Shown here piece after piece: positions 18,262 to 26,620 of a stretch of DNA of 56,313 nucleotides; the first letter of the stretch is position 1; the number at the start of each line of letters is the position of its first letter. The stretch comes from a virus (lineage: Duplodnaviria > Caudoviricetes): positions 1 through 56,313 of the IMG/VR virus record IMGVR_UViG_3300031788_000018, one strand, 5' to 3'. The translations under genes were made by a program, and so were the position numbers. The notes beneath the pieces were generated by a model. It searched no databases. It was not told the origin of the DNA and worked only from the letters and a program-made list of their open reading frames with translations.

Positions 18262-18474
18262 ATGGAAAAAATAACTAAAGTAGATACCTATAGAGTGGAT
18301 TTAAAATGTACTGTCTGCTTAGAAGGCGATATGCAGTATCTAAAAGAGAGTTGGGGTGATGTAAATCTGACTTATCTGCATGCCTGCGATAGATGCCATG
18401 AGACCGGTTTATCAGATAGAGCTTATCCTTATATCGAACATATAAACCAATATTCCGCTTCCGGTGTAGAATGA
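18262..18474 (+). CDS. Small zinc-ribbon protein
   Basis: CTVC...HACDRC. Confidence 0.6.
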   Translation: MEKITKVDTYRVDLKCTVCLEGDMQYLKESWGDVNLTYLHACDRCHETGLSDRAYPYIEHINQYSASGVE

Positions 18475-18519
18475 TATGGAACTGTTAATGATTAAAAGAC
18501 TATTAGAAGGGACTGACAT

Positions 18520-18951
18520 ATGGAAGAAATGAAGTTATTTAAAGTATCCTATGCTGATGGTAGTGAACTTTTTATAGTTGAGAAAACCTCTAACTTAGCT
18601 CTATCCCATGGCGATAGCAAGGAATTAGAAGTTATCCACGAAACTACTCGGATATCAGTAGAGCAGATATGTACAATGGATTCCATTTTTAACATGAAGA
18701 TCTTTATAGATAAAGAAAATGCTAAGTTTATCATACCACGTCCTAAAGGGCGAGATTTGAGCAAAGTAACTGACGAACCTCTGTATGGAGAATTTCTCAC
18801 CCTCATAGGACCAAACGAGCACGGTGGATATCGAACCTCATCCGGTAATACTAAAGAATTCGTAAGCAGTACATATTTTAAATACTCACCAATGACTGAT
18901 GAAGATCTCGAAGACTTATTGGGCTACGAAGTATTGTCTGTCAAGGAATAA
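18520..18951 (+). CDS. Hypothetical protein
   Basis: AAGGG RBS; 143 aa. Confidence 0.6.
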   Translation: MEEMKLFKVSYADGSELFIVEKTSNLALSHGDSKELEVIHETTRISVEQICTMDSIFNMKIFIDKENAKFIIPRPKGRDLSKVTDEPLYGEFLTLIGPNEHGGYRTSSGNTKEFVSSTYFKYSPMTDEDLEDLLGYEVLSVKE

Positions 18952-19384
18952 AGTACCTATGTCCGCCAGCGGGCACCTCTTTGCAATCTAAATGGACCCA
19001 ATGACTACCGGGCGGATTGTCCTCCATGCGCATGTCCCATGCGACTAACATGCTAGAGTCCATAATCATTTTCCTGGCTGTATCACAGTCTACTGAGACT
19101 ATGTTGAAGTCCATCGCGGAACCGACTGAGTGCATTGAATGAAGAGCTCCTCCTATCTCTTGATTATACTTCAATGGCCTATAAGTAACGTGAACATTAA
19201 CAGATTGTCCAAACCAAGCTCTAACTTGATCCATTTTATTACATAAAGCTACTAGATTAGCTTTTATCTCATCTGTTAACCCGTCGGCTTCTGTGGCCAT
19301 GCGTCCCCATGTTGGAAGCCACAAACATTCGCGTACGCTAAAAAAGGAACTAACCATACATTTTTCATCTTCCCAATTAATCAT
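18941..19384 (-). CDS. Peptidase M15A-family zinc peptidase (peptidoglycan hydrolase, endolysin candidate)
   Basis: YRP..YNQEIGGA..SMH...AMDF and WVHLD motifs. Confidence 0.8.
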   Translation of the reverse strand: MINWEDEKCMVSSFFSVRECLWLPTWGRMATEADGLTDEIKANLVALCNKMDQVRAWFGQSVNVHVTYRPLKYNQEIGGALHSMHSVGSAMDFNIVSVDCDTARKMIMDSSMLVAWDMRMEDNPPGSHWVHLDCKEVPAGGHRYFIP

Positions 19385-19394
19385 AGAACCTCTC

Positions 19395-19438
19395 TATACT
19401 ATATCATTGACCTGAGACCTAAAGTGTGATATAGTATA
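19395..19438. promoter_or_regulatory. Divergent promoter region with a 12-bp perfect inverted repeat; + strand TTGACC-17-TATAGT
   Basis: TATACTATATCA-20nt-TGATATAGTATA. Confidence 0.6.
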
Positions 19439-19452
19439 ATTGAGGCTCTAAA

Positions 19453-19680
19453 ATGAAAGAAAGCTTTTTCACCGAAAACGGACTTCATATTGATGAACAC
19501 GACGTTAGAACCTGGTACTTAAACGGCGAACTTCACCGCGAAGATGGTCCAGCGGTAGAGTTTCCCGATGGTGAGACATTCTGGTGGGTAAACGGCTATC
19601 CTTACACCGAAGAAGAATTCAAACAATATCAACGTACTAAACAGTTCAACGAGAACATGAGCAAAATTCTAGAGGAATAA
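19453..19680 (+). CDS. HREDGPA-repeat protein with tail variant (QRTKQFNENMSKILEE)
   Basis: WYLNGELHREDGPAVEF. Confidence 0.85.
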   Translation: MKESFFTENGLHIDEHDVRTWYLNGELHREDGPAVEFPDGETFWWVNGYPYTEEEFKQYQRTKQFNENMSKILEE

Positions 19681-19684
19681 ATTT

Positions 19685-19831
19685 ATGCTAACAGCAATTG
19701 GCGATGTAATGAGAAAATGTCATGAATTAGGCTATACTAAAGTAGATGACGTTTTATATTCCGAAGCAGAATATGTTCAATATTTAAGAAATAAACAGTT
19801 CAATCAATCAATTGAGGAAGCTCTAAAATGA
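19685..19831 (+). CDS. 48-aa protein with the conserved tail (missing from the ORF track)
   Basis: GAGG RBS; MLTAIGDVMRKCHELGYTKVDDVLYSEAEYVQYLRNKQFNQSIEEALK; stop overlaps ATG 19828. Confidence 0.75.
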   Translation: MLTAIGDVMRKCHELGYTKVDDVLYSEAEYVQYLRNKQFNQSIEEALK

Positions 19832-20811
19832 AAAACACTCTACTCGATCTAAGAATTGGGAATCCCACATTCCTAGAAGCTTATTGGGTAAATCGTTTCG
19901 ACATCACCTTCTCTTCCGGTGAATTCATGTCGTATCCAAAGTCAGCTATAACAGCTTCATTGATTGAGCCAATTAAAGAACTACATAGGAAAATAGGCAA
20001 TGCCAAAATTACTTCAGATACTAGATTGGTAGTCGGCAATGGCGCAACTCAAATCCTACAAGCCGCTATGTATGCAATGGGTAAAACTCATAGTAGGATA
20101 TATTTTGAGCCACCACATTTCCATAAATTCCCCCATTTTGTAGATCTATCAACTTGCGGATTGAAAAATACAGATATAGACAATATTAGCTCCAAGGATT
20201 CAGAATTAGTGGAACTCATTACAATTCCAGGGAATCCAGATGGAAATTGTGAAGTTAGACCAGTGTCCATTAACTCGGCTAAGATATTTGATTTATGTTA
20301 TAATTGGCCTACTTACGTTAATGAGGTAATGGAATTTGACGAAGATATAATGGTATTCAGCTTATCTAAAGCTACTGGACACGCTGGAACTCGTATAGGT
20401 TGGGCTTTAGTCAAAGATCCTATCATAGCAGCTAATATGGCTTTTTTCGTAGAACATCAAACATCAGGCGTAAGTAAGGATTCTCAAAACAAAGCTGCTA
20501 AAGTTATTCAATATCTATTAGATCTGCCAGCTGGAATCGAATCTTGCTTTGAATTTGGCAATAAAGTATTAACAGAACGCCGCAATCAATTAGATTCTGT
20601 TTTCTTTGACACAGATATCCAATCTATTGCTAAAAACGGTATGTTTGCTTATATTAAAGGCGAAAATCTAGAGGAAAGATTACTTGAGATGGACATCTTA
20701 GGTAGTAGTGGAACTCAATTTGGTGGTGATGAATCTTGTAGGCGGTTGAATTTAGCTTGCTCTGATAAGGAATTCGAAGAACTTATCTACAGATTGAGAA
20801 AGAATCTATAA
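19828..20811 (+). CDS. PLP-dependent enzyme of the alliinase / tryptophan-aminotransferase (TAA1/TAR)-like family
   Basis: VVGNGATQIL, ELITIPGNPDG, IFDLCYNWPTY, DIMVFSLSKATGHAGTRIGWALVKD (PLP lysine motif). Confidence 0.8.
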   Translation: MKNTLLDLRIGNPTFLEAYWVNRFDITFSSGEFMSYPKSAITASLIEPIKELHRKIGNAKITSDTRLVVGNGATQILQAAMYAMGKTHSRIYFEPPHFHKFPHFVDLSTCGLKNTDIDNISSKDSELVELITIPGNPDGNCEVRPVSINSAKIFDLCYNWPTYVNEVMEFDEDIMVFSLSKATGHAGTRIGWALVKDPIIAANMAFFVEHQTSGVSKDSQNKAAKVIQYLLDLPAGIESCFEFGNKVLTERRNQLDSVFFDTDIQSIAKNGMFAYIKGENLEERLLEMDILGSSGTQFGGDESCRRLNLACSDKEFEELIYRLRKNL

Positions 20812-21129
20812 CTAGCAGGCGCTCTTACCACAGCCGCAAGTTCGTTTAGCGTTTGGATTTGAATAACTAAAACCGTGTCCATTTAAGCCGTCAGAGAAAT
20901 CTACAGTTGTTCCTTGTAGGAATTCCAGACTTTTGTAATCAACGACTAGTTTAAAGCTATCAATAAACTCTAAAGTGAAATCTTCAAGCCCGAAATCTTC
21001 ATCTGGTACTATTGCCATTTGATAATTCATTCCTGAGCATCCACCACCGATCATGGACATCCTTAGACAGTATCCCTCGAATATCATACTAGCTATTTTA
21101 TTTCCAGCTGTTTCTGTGAAATAGATCAT
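20812..21129 (-). CDS. iscA: A-type Fe-S cluster carrier (IscA/ErpA/HesB family)
   Basis: GGGCSGMNY, VVDYKSL..L.G..VDF, NPNA..TCGCGKS. Confidence 0.9.
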   Translation of the reverse strand: MIYFTETAGNKIASMIFEGYCLRMSMIGGGCSGMNYQMAIVPDEDFGLEDFTLEFIDSFKLVVDYKSLEFLQGTTVDFSDGLNGHGFSYSNPNAKRTCGCGKSAC

Positions 21130-21614
21130 TTCAAGGCCTCATTGATATTGTCGTTGAATTGTTTAGTACGTTGAAGTTGATTGAATTCTTCTTCGGTAAC
21201 TTCTTCACCGTGAAGGGACCATACTTTTTCACCATTAGAATACTCTATAGCGGGACCGTCTTCGCGATGAAGTTTGCCTTCTAAGTACCAGAAGTTAGAA
21301 CCATCGTAACGTTCAATGGCTGGACCGTCCTTGCGATGTAATTTATCGTATTGACGCCATTCTTTGTTACCATTGTCACCCCGTTCGACAGCTGGACCGT
21401 CTTCGCGGTGAAGTTTGTCGTTTAAATACCATTCTTTAGTTCCGTTAGCCCATTCGATAGCTGGACCATCTTCGCGGTGGTATTTACCATTTAAACACCA
21501 GTGTTTAGAGCCGCCGTCAGCCCATTCTCCGGCTGGACCATCTTCACGGTGAGAAACATTATTCTTGTACCAGAATTTATTACCGTATTCATCGATAGTT
21601 AATCCGTCTTTCAT
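21126..21614 (-). CDS. HREDGPA-repeat protein (5 repeats) with the conserved tail
   Basis: Five HR[EK]DGPA units; ends QRTKQFNDNINEALK. Confidence 0.9.
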   Translation of the reverse strand: MKDGLTIDEYGNKFWYKNNVSHREDGPAGEWADGGSKHWCLNGKYHREDGPAIEWANGTKEWYLNDKLHREDGPAVERGDNGNKEWRQYDKLHRKDGPAIERYDGSNFWYLEGKLHREDGPAIEYSNGEKVWSLHGEEVTEEEFNQLQRTKQFNDNINEALK

Positions 21615-21886
21615 TTTAAAGTCTCGTTAATACTGTCGTTGAACTGTTTATTTCTTAAATATCCAGAGAATTCTTCTTCGGTAAGCTCTCGGTTGTTTAA
21701 AAACCAAACATTGTTGCCATCCAGTCTGACTATAGCAGGTCCATCTTCGCGGTGAAAGCCACCGTTCAAATACCACCACAATTCTCCATCATTCCACTCA
21801 ACAGCCGGTCCGTCTTCGCGGTGAAGCTTATTGTCGAGATACCAGTATTTAGTACCTGATTTGTCAGTATGTAGACCGTTTTTCAC
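21611..21886 (-). CDS. HREDGPA-repeat protein (2 repeats) with the conserved tail
   Basis: AGGAG RBS then GTG at 21886; ends LRNKQFNDSINETLK. Confidence 0.85.
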   Translation of the reverse strand: MKNGLHTDKSGTKYWYLDNKLHREDGPAVEWNDGELWWYLNGGFHREDGPAIVRLDGNNVWFLNNRELTEEEFSGYLRNKQFNDSINETLK

Positions 21887-21887
21887 G

Positions 21888-22496
21888 CTATCTCCTATAA
21901 GATTCAAAAAGAGATTTGCGCACGCGCCTATTTGGCTTAATGTTCATGTCAGCAAGTAAACCTTCATATTTAGCAATAATTACAAACGCTTCTGCTTCTG
22001 TTAGACTTGATATGTTTTCTTCTGAAACTTCTATTTCTACAAAGCTATCACGTCTTTTCTTAGCACCGTCTGTTGTATCTATCACAGTATAGAACACCAA
22101 AGTAGCGTCATTAAATCTATATATATGACAAGCTTTCCATATGGCGAAATTAAACTTATAACCTAATGCTAATAAGGCCTCTGAAATCTCAGCTTCAGAA
22201 GTACCTGCGATTTGCCAATTGAATTCGCTGCGTACAATATTATTCTTAGCACCTTGAGGTTTCACTTTTACTGTAACTTCGCTTTTGACACCTCTAAAAG
22301 CGGGCATGCGGTGTCTTATGAAGGATTCACCTTCTCCAAGATAGTATTTATCAGTGCCTTCTACGTATAAGAACTCGTTTAAGTTGGGGAATTTCTCTAC
22401 TGCTAATTTGAATGAGAACAACTGCTCTTCATCGACATAGTACTTAGTCTCAAATTCGATGAACTTAGGCATCGTGACTCTATGTTTTTCTGTCAT
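21888..22496 (-). CDS. CYTH / triphosphate tunnel metalloenzyme (CyaB-like)
   Basis: EFETKY (ExExK), D.YY, FIRHR, VTVK, FVEIE. Confidence 0.75.
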   Translation of the reverse strand: MTEKHRVTMPKFIEFETKYYVDEEQLFSFKLAVEKFPNLNEFLYVEGTDKYYLGEGESFIRHRMPAFRGVKSEVTVKVKPQGAKNNIVRSEFNWQIAGTSEAEISEALLALGYKFNFAIWKACHIYRFNDATLVFYTVIDTTDGAKKRRDSFVEIEVSEENISSLTEAEAFVIIAKYEGLLADMNIKPNRRVRKSLFESYRR

Positions 22497-22497
22497 T

Positions 22498-23109
22498 TTA
22501 CCCTTCTTCTTCTTCACCGAGCACTTTATCGGCCAAGCCAAGCTCAACTGCTTCATGGGCATTTAGAATCGTATCAAAGCTTAGCATTTTTCGTAGTTTA
22601 GATAACTTAAAACTAGGATGTTTAGTTCGTATATGTTCCAGATACATATGTTCTAACCATAAAGCGTCTTTTCTGCCATCTTCAACCCACTTCTCTACCT
22701 CTTTAGCGTGACCGCCTAACTCAGTGCTTCCGTAATGGATCAATTGCTTAGACATTGGCGCCATAATACGGACGTCAGCGGCTTGAAGTATAACTGAACC
22801 CATACTAGCTGCAAAACCAAAGACTTTAATGGTGATGTGGGACTTACAATCTCTTATAGCATCATATATAGCTAATCCGTCCACTACGATACCGCCTAAA
22901 TTGTTCATTAGGATAGTGATTGGTTCTTGAGACATTGATTCTAATATCATTAAATTCTTAATAGTTCTTGCGGCCATTAGACCGTCTGTTCCAGATTCAC
23001 CCAGAGCTATATCGAATAGTTGTGAACCGATATAAATCGTTCGGTTAGGAATGTAGATACCATATTCGTGCATGTAGTAAGCGTCGTCTCTGTTAACACG
23101 TTTAGCCAT
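22498..23109 (-). CDS. clpP: ClpP-like serine protease
   Basis: ITILMNNLGG.V.DGLAIYDAI, GFAASMGSVILQA, LIH, A.EAVELGLADKV. Confidence 0.85.
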   Translation of the reverse strand: MAKRVNRDDAYYMHEYGIYIPNRTIYIGSQLFDIALGESGTDGLMAARTIKNLMILESMSQEPITILMNNLGGIVVDGLAIYDAIRDCKSHITIKVFGFAASMGSVILQAADVRIMAPMSKQLIHYGSTELGGHAKEVEKWVEDGRKDALWLEHMYLEHIRTKHPSFKLSKLRKMLSFDTILNAHEAVELGLADKVLGEEEEG

Positions 23110-23989
23110 TTGGTCCTCTATTCCTCTGTATGTGCTTCACGGCACTGTCTATGATAGTTAGCCACTCAGATTCTCTGAAGTCCCGCTCTTCTTGGAAAAA
23201 GCGACCTATCTCTCTTATTATATCATCTTTTAAGAAACCTGCAAGAGCAAACTCACATGACACAGTAAACCAGGCCGAGTTTCTACCTTTGGAGGTATCC
23301 AGACCGCTTTCAAGCGCTTTGTAAACCCATCTAGGTACTAGAGAAATGTTAGGGCTGTCTGAAAGTATTATAGATTTAACCTGATCCTTAGGCTTTAAAT
23401 CCGGACGTTTAGATAACCACGCTGTTAGTGTCTCTTTAGATATAGGTCCATGGAATTCATTGGGAAGTAATATTTGCTTCTTACCCGGTTCTCTAAGAGC
23501 TCCCGGTATACGAATGCTTCTAGATGGATTCTTAGTATTCTGATCCGCTGCTCTTACAGTATTGAGTATGTAATTGGCCATAAACTTATAAGATCTCTCA
23601 TTGGCACAGTCTCGGTCTATGGATATCAGAAAGTGTAAGCTTTTATTGCCAGAGAATATAACTGCGCTATAAGGCATTCCTAGACGTTTTACATAAGCTA
23701 ATTGATCTTTAGGCATCATGATATCTAATTCGACCAGAAAGTTCCTTAAGCCTGTACAATTTGCATCTCTACGGTAGCCCTTTATAGGGTTAAGGGCTAC
23801 CATTAATAAATCCTTCGTTTGAACTATAGTATCCGGGATCTCTGGATTAGTAGCTATCAAAGTGACTGAGTCTTCTAATAAGTTAGATAAAGGAACGCTG
23901 GCGTAGCCATACTTGTTATGGCTTACACAGACTTCCTCACCTTCCCTGAACATCAGGTTTAATAGTTTAATACCCGTTTGATCCATCAT
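23102..23989 (-). CDS. Putative primase (AEP/RepB-like prim-pol)
   Basis: NFLVELD, FSGNKSLH, DQNTKNPSRSIRIPG, C-terminal GRN (PriCT-like); near the helicase. Confidence 0.7.
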   Translation of the reverse strand: MMDQTGIKLLNLMFREGEEVCVSHNKYGYASVPLSNLLEDSVTLIATNPEIPDTIVQTKDLLMVALNPIKGYRRDANCTGLRNFLVELDIMMPKDQLAYVKRLGMPYSAVIFSGNKSLHFLISIDRDCANERSYKFMANYILNTVRAADQNTKNPSRSIRIPGALREPGKKQILLPNEFHGPISKETLTAWLSKRPDLKPKDQVKSIILSDSPNISLVPRWVYKALESGLDTSKGRNSAWFTVSCEFALAGFLKDDIIREIGRFFQEERDFRESEWLTIIDSAVKHIQRNRGPNG

Positions 23990-24369
23990 ACAGCACTGCC
24001 GCTTATTTCTTTTAGAGATGAATCTAAAGCTTCTTTGTCAGCTTTCTTTTGAGCTTCTTCAGCTTGCAATTTACGATATTCTGCGAAGAACTTCTCTTTT
24101 TGTTCAATGAAATCAAGCATAAACGCTTTAAGCGAATCTACCGTGAAGCGACGAGTTGTCATGACTTTTGAATTACCCATCATGGACGGAGCTTTAACCG
24201 TTTGAACAGTAGGTTCAGCGCCGTCAATACCTGGAACTATTTCTTCCTTTTCAACTACTACTGGTACTTTTTGTCCATCTTCCAATAGTTTACGCCATTT
24301 ACTTGATACACCAAACGCTTTCAAAGAAAGATCATTCAATTCTTGTCTTAGGGTAAAAGGGATATTCAT
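23986..24369 (-). CDS. Hypothetical protein
   Basis: ATGA-coupled ORF. Confidence 0.65.
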   Translation of the reverse strand: MNIPFTLRQELNDLSLKAFGVSSKWRKLLEDGQKVPVVVEKEEIVPGIDGAEPTVQTVKAPSMMGNSKVMTTRRFTVDSLKAFMLDFIEQKEKFFAEYRKLQAEEAQKKADKEALDSSLKEISGSAV

Positions 24370-24590
24370 ATTACGGCTCCTTGTTTAATGATATCAAAAG
24401 AGATATCGTGTGTTGTGTTCATGGAAAATACTACTACTTTATTATCGGGGAATAATTCTTTAAACATTGCTTTAAGACTATCTATAGTCTCTGAATGATC
24501 AAAATCTTCACCTTTAACTTTAATCAATAAGACATCATTCGGACTTAAATATATAGAACCTATTTCTAAATCTTTATATTGCGCTGTCAT
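24366..24590 (-). CDS. Hypothetical protein
   Basis: ATGA-coupled to the tail of the upstream gene. Confidence 0.65.
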   Translation of the reverse strand: MTAQYKDLEIGSIYLSPNDVLLIKVKGEDFDHSETIDSLKAMFKELFPDNKVVVFSMNTTHDISFDIIKQGAVI

Positions 24591-24793
24591 TTTAAAGCCT
24601 CGTTAATATTTTCATTGAACTGTTTATTACGTTGAAGTTGTTGAATTTCTAGTTTAGTTAATTCTTTGCCGTTTAAGAACCAGTGTTTATTGCCGTCAGC
24701 CCATTCGATAGCGGGACCATCTTCGCGGTGGTATTTACCATTTAAGAACCAGCATTTAGTACCATATTCGTCAATATGTAGACCATCTTTCAT
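24587..24793 (-). CDS. HREDGPA-repeat protein with the conserved tail
   Basis: Close paralog of 50850..51056; ends QRNKQFNENINEALK. Confidence 0.85.
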   Translation of the reverse strand: MKDGLHIDEYGTKCWFLNGKYHREDGPAIEWADGNKHWFLNGKELTKLEIQQLQRNKQFNENINEALK

Positions 24794-25944
24794 TTTAACG
24801 GTTCTCCTGGGGCTGGGTGATCTTTTTTATCAAACACATTGCCAAATTCTTCCGCTTTGTTCTCTCGTTCTTCTTTTATATCAGCTTGATGTTTAAATTC
24901 TTCTGTATATTCTACGAACTTACCTTTCTCGTATCCAGTCGTAAGTTTTTTCCCAATGAACTCGGCGCCAAAACGTGCTTTATGGATAACCCACTCAGTT
25001 TTGCTACTCTTATGCTTTGGTATAATTTCCATGGCAAAAGTACACTTATCATATATAATACGACGACCTTTGATGCGTTCCGCAAATGCAACTGATTCGT
25101 CATCTTTATTATTATGTAATTGAGTCATAACGACTATCGGTGCAGGATATTCGTTCTTATAATGATCTAACATGCTGCATATTAATTCCTGAACCAATAT
25201 TGAGGACATGTTAGGGTTTTTCTTGCTAGATGTAATATTTTGATAATAATCAATAATTACAGCGCTATAGAAGTCTTTGTTTTCTATTAACTTATCGAAT
25301 ATAGTTTCGATGCCTTCAACTGAAGTTGTTAACCTGTCAACGCCTGGTAAAAAACCAGAGTCTACAGCCAGGATTTTGCCCGATCTAATCATGGGGCCTA
25401 AAGTTTTACTTAGTACCGCGCGCTGTTCATCTGACATATCGCTGTGATTACTATAAGACCAGCCATGATTAAGACAGGTAACACGATGAAATACGTCTTC
25501 TGGCTTCTCTTCATTGGTTATAACTAACACCCTACCAGGCTTGCCAGTATTCGGATCATGGTAAGGTAGTAATCCATTTATGATATTTGCGACAGCGGTA
25601 CTTTTTCCATGACCACTTTCGGCGCCTATCAATATTAGATTCTTCCTAAAGAATGGAACTTTCTTATCAAAACAAGCATTGATAAATGGTATTGGGGTTT
25701 TAGAAGCTTCGATATAATCGTCACTGTCTCTTTGTAATCGGTCAACATAAGCTTCGGTATAGGAACCAAAAGAAGCGTTAGTTAGAGCAATGGCTTCTTC
25801 TTCTAGCTTTTTAAGTCTGTCAAATTCTATGGAAGTCTTCTTGTCCTCAATGACTTGTTTTCTTTCATAGATTTCGCTTTGCTTTATACGTTGATCTATG
25901 GCGGATTGCTGTAACTCTAAGAAGGGATCGTTTTCGTTGCTCAT
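24790..25944 (-). CDS. Replicative DnaB-like (SF4) helicase
   Basis: GAESGHGKST Walker A, ITNEE, VIIDYYQ, VVMTQL, KARFG. Confidence 0.8.
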   Translation of the reverse strand: MSNENDPFLELQQSAIDQRIKQSEIYERKQVIEDKKTSIEFDRLKKLEEEAIALTNASFGSYTEAYVDRLQRDSDDYIEASKTPIPFINACFDKKVPFFRKNLILIGAESGHGKSTAVANIINGLLPYHDPNTGKPGRVLVITNEEKPEDVFHRVTCLNHGWSYSNHSDMSDEQRAVLSKTLGPMIRSGKILAVDSGFLPGVDRLTTSVEGIETIFDKLIENKDFYSAVIIDYYQNITSSKKNPNMSSILVQELICSMLDHYKNEYPAPIVVMTQLHNNKDDESVAFAERIKGRRIIYDKCTFAMEIIPKHKSSKTEWVIHKARFGAEFIGKKLTTGYEKGKFVEYTEEFKHQADIKEERENKAEEFGNVFDKKDHPAPGEPLK

Positions 25945-26618
25945 ACGTCTCCTCCTTTGATTTCAATCGCATAACCTTGTTCATCGTAACCGTCAGGAAT
26001 GGGCATGAACAAGATGTTTCTATAAAAATCAACATCTATTCTTGAACGATTAGGGATATGTAAAGTTTGCGAATTTGGCGACATTTCAGACTCAGTTTCC
26101 TTGGATTCCAATTTAACTATCTCAGTTTCAATTGTAACAGGAGTCTCTATGATTGGCAAGGTATTTTTAGGTTCAGGTAAAATCTCTTTCTTTGGAGCAT
26201 CTTCGGACTGTGTCTTTTTAGACTTACTACCCTTGTTATACTTATTATCAAAATACTCTTGCTTCTTCGCTACATGATCGTAGGGAAAGATTTCAGCTAG
26301 CACATGATGTAGGTCTTTTGTAATACCATCTATTACTTGATTTTTAGTCTCTTTATCAGTAGTGGACTGAACCATGATCCGGAGTAGTTTATCTAAAAAT
26401 ATCTTATCACCAAGATACTCATAAGGGTATCCTCTATTCTTTAACATTGGGATCAAATCGAATAGCTTTTCCCTACGTATTTCTTTGGGAACTTTATAGA
26501 ACGTTCTGGACTTTCCCTTGGGCATTCCCCTACGTTTTTCTACTAAAACGCCATTGGAATCATTCCATTCTTGCAATATACTATTTATACTTAGATTGTA
26601 TTGTAAGAAATCGCTCAT
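25941..26618 (-). CDS. Hypothetical protein
   Basis: 225-aa ORF in replication operon. Confidence 0.65.
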   Translation of the reverse strand: MSDFLQYNLSINSILQEWNDSNGVLVEKRRGMPKGKSRTFYKVPKEIRREKLFDLIPMLKNRGYPYEYLGDKIFLDKLLRIMVQSTTDKETKNQVIDGITKDLHHVLAEIFPYDHVAKKQEYFDNKYNKGSKSKKTQSEDAPKKEILPEPKNTLPIIETPVTIETEIVKLESKETESEMSPNSQTLHIPNRSRIDVDFYRNILFMPIPDGYDEQGYAIEIKGGDV

Positions 26619-26620
26619 TG

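Noticed and set aside
21126-21886. CRISPR-like array suggested by regularly spaced ggaccgtcttcgcggtg repeats
   Set aside because: The repeats are in-frame codons of the HREDGPA protein motif with wobble variation; the spacers are homologous coding sequence; no cas genes.
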